A DNA stretch of 64,000 nucleotides from an uncultured Thermomicrobiales bacterium (GTDB taxonomy: Bacteria > Chloroflexota > Chloroflexia > Thermomicrobiales > CFX8), in the NCBI GenBank assembly GCA_964462545.1, contig CAYWXR010000007.1, forward strand, positions 1,581-65,580. The letters are read 5' to 3'. The notes beneath the pieces were generated by a model. That model saw only the letters and a list, made by a program, of their open reading frames with translations. It had not been told where the DNA came from and did no database searches. Of this stretch, positions 53,390-62,923 are shown in pieces (the first letter of the stretch is position 1; each line of letters starts with the position of its first letter). The position numbers and the translations under genes are program-made.

Positions 53390-54152
53390 TCGGGACGGAA
53401 AAGTCCGTCTGGAATAGTTCGAACGCGTCATCCTGCGGTTGGTATCCAAGCACTTCCCGTGCCTGGGTGAGATCCATCCGCAGGAACCGGTTGTTGGACA
53501 GACCGGCGACGATGGCGAACTCAATGTCCGGAGTGGTGATGCAGAGCTCCAGCATCTGGTTGAGGTCACGTTCGGAAACGTATCCGGCGAGGTTTTCCGG
53601 CGTCAGCTTTTCGTGGAACCACGGCGCGTCATACGAACCGATCCTCACGCAGATCGTTGAGAGTCCCAATGTCCGGGCATAGTAGCTACCGGTTGCTTCG
53701 CCAAAGCACTTGCTGACGCCGTACATGTTGACCGGCCAGTATGGCGTCTTCTCGCTCGACTGAATCCGGGGTGGATAACCAATCACGGTGTGGACGCTGC
53801 TGGCGAAAACCACCCGCTTGCAGCCTGCTTCGTAGGCTGCCTGAAAGATGTTCCAGGTGCCCTTGATGTTGTTGTCCAGCAAGGATTCGTAAAAGCCGGA
53901 ATCAGGTGATGCCGAAGCCGCGAGGTGGATGACAGTATCAATGTCCCTGCAGGCATCGCGGCAGGCGTCCAGGTCGGAAACATCGAGTGTCAGGACCAGG
54001 TCACCTTCGGCGGCGGATTCGTAGAGGGGAGCGCTGTTGATGTCTGCAAGCCGGAACTGGAACATGCCGCGGGCGTGGTTGTAGAAAGCGGTGCCGATCC
54101 GGCCCGCGGCTCCGGTCAGGAGTATCCGTCTGGATGCACCCTGAGCGTCCAA
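53370..54152 (-). CDS. NAD-dependent epimerase/dehydratase family protein
   Basis: 260 aa. ILLTGAAGRIGTA.. Rossmann motif, ..HLAA.., ..YGVSK.. (YxxxK). The 3' end overlaps the hom 3' end by 20 nt (convergent). Confidence 0.85.
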   Translation of the reverse strand: MDAQGASRRILLTGAAGRIGTAFYNHARGMFQFRLADINSAPLYESAAEGDLVLTLDVSDLDACRDACRDIDTVIHLAASASPDSGFYESLLDNNIKGTWNIFQAAYEAGCKRVVFASSVHTVIGYPPRIQSSEKTPYWPVNMYGVSKCFGEATGSYYARTLGLSTICVRIGSYDAPWFHEKLTPENLAGYVSERDLNQMLELCITTPDIEFAIVAGLSNNRFLRMDLTQAREVLGYQPQDDAFELFQTDFSVPIKSWTD

Positions 54153-54160
54153 TCTGGCTC

Positions 54161-54463
54161 CTACATCAGCCCCGGGATCTTGATGCCGCCGGTGAGTTCG
54201 GCCATCTTGTTGGCGGAGAGTTCCTCGGCGTTGGTCATGGCGTCCTGAACGGCGGCCAGGATCATGTCTTCAAGCATCTCGACATCGTTCGGGTCGACCG
54301 CTTCCGGTGCAATCTTGATGCCGTGCATCTGGCGCAGACCGGTCACCTGAGCGGTCACCATGCCGCCGCCGGCACTGCCCTCGATGATCGTCTCGGCCAA
54401 TTCTTCCTGGATTTTCTGCATGCGGTTCTGCATCTGCTGGATCATGCGCGGGTTAATGTTCAC
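54161..54463 (-). CDS. ybaB: YbaB/EbfC family nucleoid-associated protein
   Basis: 100 aa. ..MIQQMQNRMQKIQEELA..EGSAGGGMVTAQVTG....I.I.PE.VDPNDVEMLEDMILAAV.DA.. Confidence 0.92.
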   Translation of the reverse strand: MNINPRMIQQMQNRMQKIQEELAETIIEGSAGGGMVTAQVTGLRQMHGIKIAPEAVDPNDVEMLEDMILAAVQDAMTNAEELSANKMAELTGGIKIPGLM

Positions 54464-54524
54464 CTGGAACTCCTCAACTGGTTATTCAAAGACATTCCGG
54501 CAATTGTATCAGCGGGCATTGTTG

Positions 54525-56282
54525 CTACTGCCGGCGATGGGCATCTATCCAGGCAGCAACCCGTTCCAGTAGCGCAATCGCGTTGGCGCGTGATTCGGGG
54601 CTAACCGGACGGCCATCGAACATCATCGCCAGTTCATCAGTGCGCACATCTCCGGTTACCACTTTCGCAACAGTTTCGGTGCGTTCGCCGTCGTCCTGTT
54701 TCACCATGACGGTGTGCCGGTCAGCGAAGGCGGCGATCTGGGGCAGATGAGAGATGACGATCACCTGATGGGTTTCGCTCAACCCCCAGAGTTTCTCGCC
54801 GACTACCTGTCCACTGCGTCCGCCCACACCGACGTCGATCTCGTCGAAGACGAGTGTTGGCGTCTCATCAGCGTCCGAGAGAATCGATTTCAGGGCAAGC
54901 ATGAAGCGGGCCGTTTCACCACCGGATGCAACCCGCGCAAGCGGCCGCAACTCCTCGCCGGCATTGGCCGCAAGGTAGAAGGTCACCCGGTCGACACCGG
55001 TGCGATCGACCGCAACCATCTGGTCTTCAAACCGGATGCCCTCCGGGTCCGGTTGATGGTGGAAGCGCACTTCAACGTTGGCACGACCCATGTTGAGCTC
55101 ATGAATTGCCTGCTCGGTCCGCCTTGCCAGGTCGATTGCTGCTGTCTGGCGCAGACGGGACAGTTCCGCTGCTGCCTCTTCCAGGGCTTCACGCGCGTCC
55201 CGTTCCTGACGACGGAGCGAATCGACATCCCGGTCCTCCCGCTCAAGTTGTTCGATTTCCGCCTGGATCTCCTCGCCGTGGGCGATGACCGCAGCGAGAT
55301 CCGGGCCGTATTTGCGTTTCATCGTCCGGATGAGTTCGAGGCGTTCATCCACCTCGGCAAGACGTTCTGGCTCGGCCCGCAGGGACTCTGCGTAGTCGCG
55401 GATTTCGGCCGCAACGTCCTCAAGGGTGAACAGCGCATCTTTCAGACGGGTGGCGGTTTCCTGAAGGGCCGGGTCCACCTCGGCAATGGAGTCGAGCGCG
55501 GCTTCTGCACGACGGATCAGATCGAGACCACCTGCGGCGGCTGTCGGATCGGCAAGGTCACCTTCGAGCGCGGCGAACGTTTCAGCGGCAGCAAGTGCCA
55601 ACCGTTCGACATTCGCCAATCTCGCGCGCTCTGCTCGCAGCAGTTCCTCTTCGTCTGGTTGAAACTGCGCGGCGAAGATCTCTTCCGATTGAAACCGGAG
55701 TGCATCCAGACGTTGGGCTCGTTCGCGTTGCTCTTCGTCGAAACGCGTCAACCGGTGCCTGATGCCAGACCATGCGTCGTACAGGTTTGCCACCTGAGCG
55801 CGCAGCCCGGTGGTGCCGGCGAACCGGTCAAGCATTTCGAGCTGGGCGATGCCTCGTAGCAGTGAGAGATGGTCACTCTGGCCATGGATGTCTACCAGTA
55901 GTTCGCCGAGACGGGTCAGGGCAGAGGCTGTGAGTGCCCGCCCGTTGACACGGGCAGTTGAGCGTCCGGATGCCGAGACATCCCGGGAGAGGATCAGCGG
56001 GTCTCCCGGTTCGAGTTCAACGCCCAGTTCTGCCAGTATCGGGTCAATTTGATCACGGTTGGGGACGCACTGAATATCGAAGACGGCTTCCACGTAGGCC
56101 GAGGATTCGCCGGTTCGCACGAAATCAGACGATGTGCGTGCGCCGAGCACAGCGCCAAGTGCATCGATGACAATGGATTTACCGGCGCCGGTCTCGCCGG
56201 TGAGGGCATTGAAGCCGCTAACCAGTTCGATTCTTGTGTCACGGATCACCGCGAAATTTCGAATAGTGAGTTCGACCAGCAT
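54525..56282 (-). CDS. recN: DNA repair protein RecN
   Basis: 585 aa. MLVELTIRNFAVI.., Walker A LTGETGAGKSI, a long coiled coil, and the C-terminal ..LVFDEIDVGVGG.. Confidence 0.96.
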   Translation of the reverse strand: MLVELTIRNFAVIRDTRIELVSGFNALTGETGAGKSIVIDALGAVLGARTSSDFVRTGESSAYVEAVFDIQCVPNRDQIDPILAELGVELEPGDPLILSRDVSASGRSTARVNGRALTASALTRLGELLVDIHGQSDHLSLLRGIAQLEMLDRFAGTTGLRAQVANLYDAWSGIRHRLTRFDEEQRERAQRLDALRFQSEEIFAAQFQPDEEELLRAERARLANVERLALAAAETFAALEGDLADPTAAAGGLDLIRRAEAALDSIAEVDPALQETATRLKDALFTLEDVAAEIRDYAESLRAEPERLAEVDERLELIRTMKRKYGPDLAAVIAHGEEIQAEIEQLEREDRDVDSLRRQERDAREALEEAAAELSRLRQTAAIDLARRTEQAIHELNMGRANVEVRFHHQPDPEGIRFEDQMVAVDRTGVDRVTFYLAANAGEELRPLARVASGGETARFMLALKSILSDADETPTLVFDEIDVGVGGRSGQVVGEKLWGLSETHQVIVISHLPQIAAFADRHTVMVKQDDGERTETVAKVVTGDVRTDELAMMFDGRPVSPESRANAIALLERVAAWIDAHRRQ

Positions 56283-56578
56283 CTGCCCGTCCTGAACCTC
56301 CGGTGAACGATCGGATCGGCATCAGTCTATCGCAGACCAGATACCCGAAAGACCCTCCGACAGTTTCCAGATTTGTGCACTTGTCCTAGAGTAGCGGGAG
56401 CAGAACCACCGTCAGGTGGATTGCCTTGATTGACTACAGAAACCGTTTGGATAGAACTACGGAAACTTCACCTCGCAACGTGCAGGCCGGGAAACGTCGA
56501 TACCGTCCGCGAGGCAGCCCGAACGGGTTGCAGACAAGGGACTGATTCGTTGCCGGTTGCACAATAGAAAACCAGATC

Positions 56579-57601
56579 ATGAACAAGAAAATCGTTGCGA
56601 TGGTGCCGGGCCTGGTCCTGGTTGCCGTGATTGCTGTGATTGCCCGCACGCTGGCATCACTCTTGCCGCTGCCGATCAGTGAGGTGACGATTGGTGTCAT
56701 CCTCGGATTGATCGCCGGCTCGCTCCTGCCGTCAATTCCGTCCACTTTGCCGGGCCGGAAGTTTGCGATGGCGTCGCTGTTGCGCATCGGTATCGTCCTG
56801 CTCGGCGCACGTCTGGCACTGGATGATGTGCTGCAGATTGGTCTCGGCACGATCCTTGCGATCCTGGCAGGCATAACCCTGGTGTTGCTGATCACCCTTG
56901 CCGGCGGGTGGGCAATCGGTCTCCCGCCGAAACTCTGCCTGCTTCTCGGGGTCGGGGTCTCGATTTGCGGCAACTCGGCAATTCTGGCAACTGCACCGGT
57001 TGTTGATGCCCGCGAGCGCGATGTCTCCTTCTCGGTCGGCACAATTACCTTCTTTGGCACGCTGGCAGTGCTGATTTATCCACTGATCGGTGGATTGTTC
57101 GATATATCGGACCAGGTCTTCGGTTACTGGACCGGACTGTCGGTGAGCGATACCGCGCAGGTGGTTGCCGCCGGATTCGCCTACAGCGAACCGGCAGGTG
57201 ACCTGGCAACGGTCGTCAAACTGGTCCGGAACACGCTGATGGGACCATTGATCCTGCTCGTCGGCATCGCCTACAGCCGGCTTGCTATTGACCGGGTCGA
57301 TGACCGGAAGGCCTCGCGGTCGTTCATCGGTTCGATCACCCGGGTGGTGCCGGCGTTCGTCATCGGGTTCATCCTGATGGCGGTGCTCAATACCCTGGGA
57401 GTCTTCCCCGAGCAGGTGACCAGGGCGTTCAGCCAGATATCCCAGGCGCTGATTCTGATGGCGCTGGTGGCGGTTGGCCTGAACACCAATCTTCGGGATG
57501 TTGTGAAGGTTGGTCTGCCGTCGCTGTTGCTGGGTCTGGTAGCCATGATCAGCCTCAGCCTGCTGGCAATCACCCTGACGACGGCATTCCTGGCTTCCTG
57601 A
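56579..57601 (+). CDS. YeiH/UPF0324 family membrane protein (putative sulfate exporter family)
   Basis: 340 aa, about 10 TM helices. ..LLRIGIVLLGARL.., ..GVSICGNSAI.. motifs. Confidence 0.8.
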   Translation: MNKKIVAMVPGLVLVAVIAVIARTLASLLPLPISEVTIGVILGLIAGSLLPSIPSTLPGRKFAMASLLRIGIVLLGARLALDDVLQIGLGTILAILAGITLVLLITLAGGWAIGLPPKLCLLLGVGVSICGNSAILATAPVVDARERDVSFSVGTITFFGTLAVLIYPLIGGLFDISDQVFGYWTGLSVSDTAQVVAAGFAYSEPAGDLATVVKLVRNTLMGPLILLVGIAYSRLAIDRVDDRKASRSFIGSITRVVPAFVIGFILMAVLNTLGVFPEQVTRAFSQISQALILMALVAVGLNTNLRDVVKVGLPSLLLGLVAMISLSLLAITLTTAFLAS

Positions 57602-58543
57602 TTACGGGTCGTGCCGGCTGAGGAACCCGGTCATGCAGTGGATACCGCCGCCGGCCTTGATCAGTTCGGAAACGTCGACCTCGATGCAGGTTACACCGTG
57701 TTCTTCATAAATTGGCCGCATTGTGTCGCATCCGGACGGAATCAGGATTTTCCCCGGTTCCAGAGCGACAAAGTTGAGCGGTAGCTTGTGGTGGCCCTCG
57801 TCCTCGTCCTGCACCGCGATGATCCGGAAGCCGCGTTCCTGGAGGGTGTGGACAATCGGGTACGGTGTCCGGCGCGGCCAGGCGACGGCCAGGTCGCGAT
57901 CGAGGAAGTTCAGCAACCCATCCAGGTGCATTGCACCCCACGGCAACTGCACCCGGATAACATCGCGGACGCCAATCTCGCGCAGCATCCGTTCTACCTG
58001 ATTGGCGCCTTCAGTGTTTGTACGCAGCCCCTCGGCCAGGAAACAGAGGTCCTTGTTGACCCACATGACGTCGGCGCCCTCGAAGGTCCCCGACCCATGG
58101 ACACTCATCAGGATCGGAACACCAATCCTGGCCAACGCCTCGGCGACGAAGCGTTCCTCGCCAGCCCGAACGGTAGATGCCGGCCGGGTGATGATCGCAC
58201 CCTCCGGAGTCATCAGCATCAGGTCGCGAATGAAGAAACTGTTCGGCTTGTCGAGACGGCCGTTCTCGACGTAAAAGACCTGCACGCCATGCGCCTCGTA
58301 GGCGTCAGACATCGCATCATGCTGTTTTCGGGCGAGTTCCGGATTCAGGTCCGAGCGCATCTGGACTGCATCGTAATCCTCGATGTTGTCCAGTTCCGGG
58401 CCAGGACGCTTCAGCAGCACGGCGGAAAGCTTGCCGTGCTCGGAGGATGATCCCCAATTGCCCCACCATTGGGGCATATCAGTACGCATGTCATCGACAC
58501 GGGGTGACCACTTTGCTCCGCCGTACGCGGCTCTGAGACTCAT
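57602..58543 (-). CDS. guanidino-group-modifying enzyme superfamily protein (amidinotransferase / DDAH / arginine deiminase-like)
   Basis: C-terminal nucleophile motif GGGIHCMT, and ..FIRDLM.. The first ATG is at 58543 (MSLRAAYGG..) and the ORF is open to TTG 58582. Confidence 0.75.
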   Translation of the reverse strand: MSLRAAYGGAKWSPRVDDMRTDMPQWWGNWGSSSEHGKLSAVLLKRPGPELDNIEDYDAVQMRSDLNPELARKQHDAMSDAYEAHGVQVFYVENGRLDKPNSFFIRDLMLMTPEGAIITRPASTVRAGEERFVAEALARIGVPILMSVHGSGTFEGADVMWVNKDLCFLAEGLRTNTEGANQVERMLREIGVRDVIRVQLPWGAMHLDGLLNFLDRDLAVAWPRRTPYPIVHTLQERGFRIIAVQDEDEGHHKLPLNFVALEPGKILIPSGCDTMRPIYEEHGVTCIEVDVSELIKAGGGIHCMTGFLSRHDP

Positions 58544-58642
58544 CTTCCTGCGCTCCCGGTTCCTGATTCCGGTTCGTGGCAAGTACCGTTGCCGGGCGAA
58601 CCGCTGCCTGCAATGACGTGTAATTTGTTCGCGGACAGTGTA

Positions 58643-60175
58643 CTACCCGTCCGGCCACTCCACGTCGAAGAGGGTCAGATGGATGCCGTTCAGGACGTGT
58701 TCCTCGACGATTTGGCTGTGTTCGGTTAGCCAGCGTTGCAACGTGGCGTCCGGATCTTCGTGGGGAACCCGATCCGGCGATGCGACCAGCCAGATCCTGT
58801 CGGGTTGCCCGACACGGTTGGTTATCCAGAGAACCATGTTTTCCTCGGTGAGCCAGCGTACGTTGAACGACGGGATGGTAATGGTCCCGAACTCCTGCAG
58901 ACCGGGTTCACGTTGGCTGTAGTAATCGTAGGTCGATTGAATGTATCCGGGGTGCGGCAGGATGATGTCGCCCGGTTCGGCATGCCGGGCAATCAACGCA
59001 TAGGCGCTACGCCAGTCTTCCTTTTCGGCGTCGTGGGAGAGGTTGACATCGCGAATAGTCGCCCAGGAGTAACTGAAGATCATCACCAACGCAACTACGC
59101 CAACCGGCCACAGCCAGCGATGGCGCCAGAGCAGGACGATTCCGGCACTGACCAGGATCAGGTACGCCGGCAGGGCGACGATGACATAGCGGTCGGAGAA
59201 GACCGAGTTCCGGATCGACACAAGCCAGATACCGAGCACGGGGACGACGGTCAGGGTGAAGAGCAGTGCGCCGGACTCGTTGAGTTTGCGCTGGATAATC
59301 AGGGCGAATGCGCCGATCAGCGCAAGAACAGCGAAGAGAATAGCCGCCCGCTGCTCGATGATGAGATCGGAGCGGTTGACCGCGAACTTGATTCCGACAA
59401 TCCGGATTGCGTCCAGCAGCGTAACGTCCGGTTGCCAGGTGCGAGCCTTGCCACTCACCACCCGAAGCGCCCAGATAGCGATGGGTATGTAGGGCAGGGT
59501 CAACGCTGCAACCGAGATTGCGAGCGGCCGGAGGCGATGTCGCCAGGTTGCAAAGGTTGCGACCACAAAGACAATCTGCGCAACAAAGATGAGGACCGTC
59601 GTCACGTGGGTATAAAACATCAACGAGGTGACAACCACGTAGCCAACCCAGTGCGACGTCTGGTTGCGGGTTAGCGCCTCGACGAACAGCAGCGACGAGA
59701 GAATCGCCAGTAGCACGACGATGGCGTACATCTTGGCTTCCTGCGAATACCAGATGTGATACGGATTCATCGCCAACAGCAACGCTGCTACCAGCCCGGC
59801 AGATTGTCCCGCCACCCGGCGTCCGAGCAGGTAGATCAGAGGGATTGCCAGAGACCCCGCAACGGCTGAAGGAAACCGCACTGCAATTTCGGAGATGCCG
59901 GCAATCCTCACCCACCCCCAGAGAAACAGGTTGTAGAGCGGGCCGTTCTCACCGGCGGCGGTGAACGTATCCAGTATGTCGCTGAGCGGTCGCTGGGCAC
60001 GGACGACAATATCCGCCTCGTCGAACCACAGGCTTTGCCGGGATAGCCCGGTGAGGCGTACGACTGTGCCGGCGACGATGATCAGACCGAGGACGACATA
60101 GTGGATGCCCGGGCCAATCATCGTCCGGTTGGGCCGGAGAAGTCGCAACCTCTCCCGGGAGATAACCTGCATCAT
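58643..60175 (-). CDS. GT-C fold membrane glycosyltransferase (GT39/GT83, PMT/ArnT-like)
   Basis: About 510 aa, many TM helices. The first-loop motif is ..SLWFDEADIV.. (DE), then ..PLYNLFLWGW.. ATG 60175 overlaps the upstream stop (ATGA). Confidence 0.8.
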   Translation of the reverse strand: MMQVISRERLRLLRPNRTMIGPGIHYVVLGLIIVAGTVVRLTGLSRQSLWFDEADIVVRAQRPLSDILDTFTAAGENGPLYNLFLWGWVRIAGISEIAVRFPSAVAGSLAIPLIYLLGRRVAGQSAGLVAALLLAMNPYHIWYSQEAKMYAIVVLLAILSSLLFVEALTRNQTSHWVGYVVVTSLMFYTHVTTVLIFVAQIVFVVATFATWRHRLRPLAISVAALTLPYIPIAIWALRVVSGKARTWQPDVTLLDAIRIVGIKFAVNRSDLIIEQRAAILFAVLALIGAFALIIQRKLNESGALLFTLTVVPVLGIWLVSIRNSVFSDRYVIVALPAYLILVSAGIVLLWRHRWLWPVGVVALVMIFSYSWATIRDVNLSHDAEKEDWRSAYALIARHAEPGDIILPHPGYIQSTYDYYSQREPGLQEFGTITIPSFNVRWLTEENMVLWITNRVGQPDRIWLVASPDRVPHEDPDATLQRWLTEHSQIVEEHVLNGIHLTLFDVEWPDG

Positions 60176-61230
60176 GTTCCCACCAGGTCTGCATACAACG
60201 CACGGTGCTTCCGGGCAATTGTGCTCCATTGGAAGGGATCAGGAAGGTCTTCCCGGATAGATGGACGTTCCAGCGCCTGTGTGATTGCCAGGACCAACAG
60301 ATCCGGGTCGGTGGCGTCGACCGTCAGCAGGTTGGGCATGTGTTCCAGCACATCGAGATGTCCCGGTGGGTTCGGTCGGACGGTAATCACCGGTCGACCG
60401 CAACGCAGGGCCGCGATCAGGGCACTGCTCCGCAACGTCGCGCCGGCCGGGAACGGGAAGGCAACAGCACCGGTGGAGGCCATCCGGTTGATCGCTTCCT
60501 GAGGTTCGAGATACCCGGTCCATTCAACATGAATCGACCGCGAGGCTGTCATCTGCCGTACGGTTTCGACGGAATGGAACCCGTGACTGCCATGCGTCGG
60601 TGGTTGGCGTCCGATGATGACCAGTCGCGGACGTTCGGCTTCCGGAACCCGTCCAAGTGCATTGATCAGCAGGTCGAAGCCTTTCTGGGTCGAGGGATAG
60701 CCAAAGAACCCGATGGAACGTTCCGGATCAACTTGCCTGTCAGGGAGAGGAAGACTCGGGCCGAGCCGTATTTCATGCACCGGGATCGAAGCCCTTACAA
60801 GGATGTTCGCATCAACCGGGTTGGAAACGATGACTGCATCCGACGATCGTGCCATGCGTTTCATCGCGGCATAGCGGACCCTTCCCGCTTTCGGGAAGAG
60901 GTAGGGAACCCGGAGGTCGTGAAATGTGGTGACCACCGGAAGATCGCCGAGCATGGCGGGTAGCAGGTTCGCGGCGGGATGCATATCGAATGCACCGGCC
61001 TGATACTGGATGTGGACCAGATCACATCCATGCTCACTCGCGGCACGACGGACCCTGCGGGCAAGGTTCCACGACCAGCCACTAACCCGGATGTCGGCTC
61101 CGGTGTCATCGCCGGAAAGCGTAACCGTTGTAACGCGTTCCTGCTCCAACGCCTTGTTCAACAAATACGTGTAATCGGAGATGCCACCACCTGCTGGTGG
61201 GTATTCGCCGGTAACCATCAGCACTCTCAT
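60172..61230 (-). CDS. GT4 family glycosyltransferase
   Basis: 352 aa. MRVLMVTGEYPPAGGGISDYT.., GT-B layout. 4-nt overlaps on both ends. Confidence 0.85.
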   Translation of the reverse strand: MRVLMVTGEYPPAGGGISDYTYLLNKALEQERVTTVTLSGDDTGADIRVSGWSWNLARRVRRAASEHGCDLVHIQYQAGAFDMHPAANLLPAMLGDLPVVTTFHDLRVPYLFPKAGRVRYAAMKRMARSSDAVIVSNPVDANILVRASIPVHEIRLGPSLPLPDRQVDPERSIGFFGYPSTQKGFDLLINALGRVPEAERPRLVIIGRQPPTHGSHGFHSVETVRQMTASRSIHVEWTGYLEPQEAINRMASTGAVAFPFPAGATLRSSALIAALRCGRPVITVRPNPPGHLDVLEHMPNLLTVDATDPDLLVLAITQALERPSIREDLPDPFQWSTIARKHRALYADLVGT

Positions 61231-62165
61231 GGCTTTCCGGCTCCCTGCCGGAGTCCGGCGCGCATCAGGCGGAGATACTCCCTGATCCGTTGCTTCCGTA
61301 CATCTCGCCGGTGACCGGCGGTGAGTTTCAGGAGTTCCATCAGCACTTGCAGGAAGTAGCCTGCCTGGATGCCTGCGGCAACGATATTAGCGGTGGTGTT
61401 TCCATAGATGCGCCGTTGAAGTTGAACCCGGCTGCGGTCGAAAGCGAGTTGCCGCCGGCCGATATTCTGGCTGGTACTCGCAGCTTCGTGGTGGACAATC
61501 TCGACTTCCGGGATGTAGACCGTCGTCCATCCATGCCGGCGCAGACGCCAGCACCACTCCACTTCCTCGCAGTACATCCAGAATGACTCGTCAAACCCAC
61601 CGGCCTGGTTGATTGCCTCCATCCGCACCAGCATGCAGGCGCCAACGACCCAGTCAACCCGCTGGACCTGGTCTTCCTCGACGTCTTCCATCCGGTAATG
61701 CCTGGCCCAGGGATTTCCGGGAAACCATTGCGACAGGATGGTGCTCTCGAAGACCGGTGTCAACCGGCGGGGGAAGCGACGACGCGATGGTTGCAGGCTG
61801 CCGTCGGGATAGCGCATTCGTGGAGCGGCAACTGCGACACCAGGATTCTCGTCGAGATATTGCGCCAGACAGGAAATCGTCTCTGCCGGTACAACGGTAT
61901 CCGGATTGAGCACCAGCACGTAGTCAGTGGTCGTCTGCTCGATACCCCGGTTCGCTCCGGCTCCGTAGCCGTTGTTGGGCGCTTCGATGATCTCGGTTTC
62001 AGGGAAATGTTCACGCACAGCCTCGACGCTGTCGTCGTCACTGTCGTTATCCACGACGATGATGCGGTCAAGGGTTCCTCTTTGCCGGGCTGCTTCCAGA
62101 GAGGTGAGACCTTGCAGCAGCAAGTCGCGGACGTTGTAGCTCACAACGACGGCGGTCACGCTCAT
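61227..62165 (-). CDS. GT2 family glycosyltransferase
   Basis: From ATG 62165 (ATGA overlap): MSVTAVVVSYNVRD..IIVVDNDSDDDS..NNGYGAGANRG..LNPDT.. Confidence 0.85.
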   Translation of the reverse strand: MSVTAVVVSYNVRDLLLQGLTSLEAARQRGTLDRIIVVDNDSDDDSVEAVREHFPETEIIEAPNNGYGAGANRGIEQTTTDYVLVLNPDTVVPAETISCLAQYLDENPGVAVAAPRMRYPDGSLQPSRRRFPRRLTPVFESTILSQWFPGNPWARHYRMEDVEEDQVQRVDWVVGACMLVRMEAINQAGGFDESFWMYCEEVEWCWRLRRHGWTTVYIPEVEIVHHEAASTSQNIGRRQLAFDRSRVQLQRRIYGNTTANIVAAGIQAGYFLQVLMELLKLTAGHRRDVRKQRIREYLRLMRAGLRQGAGKP

Positions 62166-62923
62166 GGTCGCGCCTTTCGCCGGGTGAGGGCACATCCCCG
62201 GAATTCCTCGAGCGCCATCACAGCTGCAAGGAACAACCCGTCAAGCCCGTCACGGTAACCGCGCAACCGGAAAAAACGGCGGATGAACTCGCGCGCCGGT
62301 CGGGTGACCCAGGAGACCGGCTTCGGCGGTGGAATCATCCCGGCGCGGGCTTGCTGCAGGGTATAGGAACGTTGTCGTTGGAGTACCTCCAGTCGTGAAT
62401 CGTAGTTGATGTGAATCATTGGCTCGGTCAGACGGCCGGTTTCCCCATCAAACTGCACTACCTCGTGGACTTCCCTCTGCGGGTCGTAGCGTCCACGGCC
62501 GGCACGGATCAACCTGGCCTGATAGTCGGGCCACCATCCGCCGCCGCGGAGTTCACGGCCGAAGGCGATGTTTCGCCGCGGGATTGAGTAGCCGGCCATG
62601 TCGTCTCCGGCGGTTGCCAGCGTTGTCCGGATTTCATCAACCAGTGCCGGGGTAAGCCGTTCATCCGGATCGATGAAGAGAATCCAGTCGCTGTCGCGGG
62701 CATGATCCAGGGCAACGTTGCGCTGTGAGGCGAAACCCCTGAAAGCATTGAAGACCACCTCGGCACCGAGACTCGATGCGATCTCCTGTGTGCCGTCGGT
62801 CGAACCGGAGTCCACGACCAGCGTCCGGTTGGTCAGCGGGCGTAAGGACTCAATGCAGCCGGAGATGTGCCGGGCCTCGTTCCGGGCGAGCATGATCGCG
62901 GTCAGGGTTGGCGTGTCGTTCAT
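62162..62923 (-). CDS. GT2 family glycosyltransferase
   Basis: 253 aa. LTAIMLARNEARHI..LVVDSGSTDGT..FIDPDE.. Confidence 0.85.
   Translation of the reverse strand: MNDTPTLTAIMLARNEARHISGCIESLRPLTNRTLVVDSGSTDGTQEIASSLGAEVVFNAFRGFASQRNVALDHARDSDWILFIDPDERLTPALVDEIRTTLATAGDDMAGYSIPRRNIAFGRELRGGGWWPDYQARLIRAGRGRYDPQREVHEVVQFDGETGRLTEPMIHINYDSRLEVLQRQRSYTLQQARAGMIPPPKPVSWVTRPAREFIRRFFRLRGYRDGLDGLFLAAVMALEEFRGCALTRRKARP

Noticed and set aside
52304-53569. 421-aa minus-strand ORF
   Set aside because: It lies antisense to hom, which has clear homoserine dehydrogenase motifs. It also overlaps the epimerase gene in another frame.
56283-56578. Search for a LexA (Cheo-type GAAC-N4-GTTC) box upstream of recN, and for a riboswitch upstream of the YeiH-family gene
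   Set aside because: The closest string, GAACCTCCGGTG (near 56294), does not match the palindrome. Several hairpins exist (CCACC-gtca-GGTGG, and CCTCGC..GCGAGG), but I recognise no known motif, so I make no claim.
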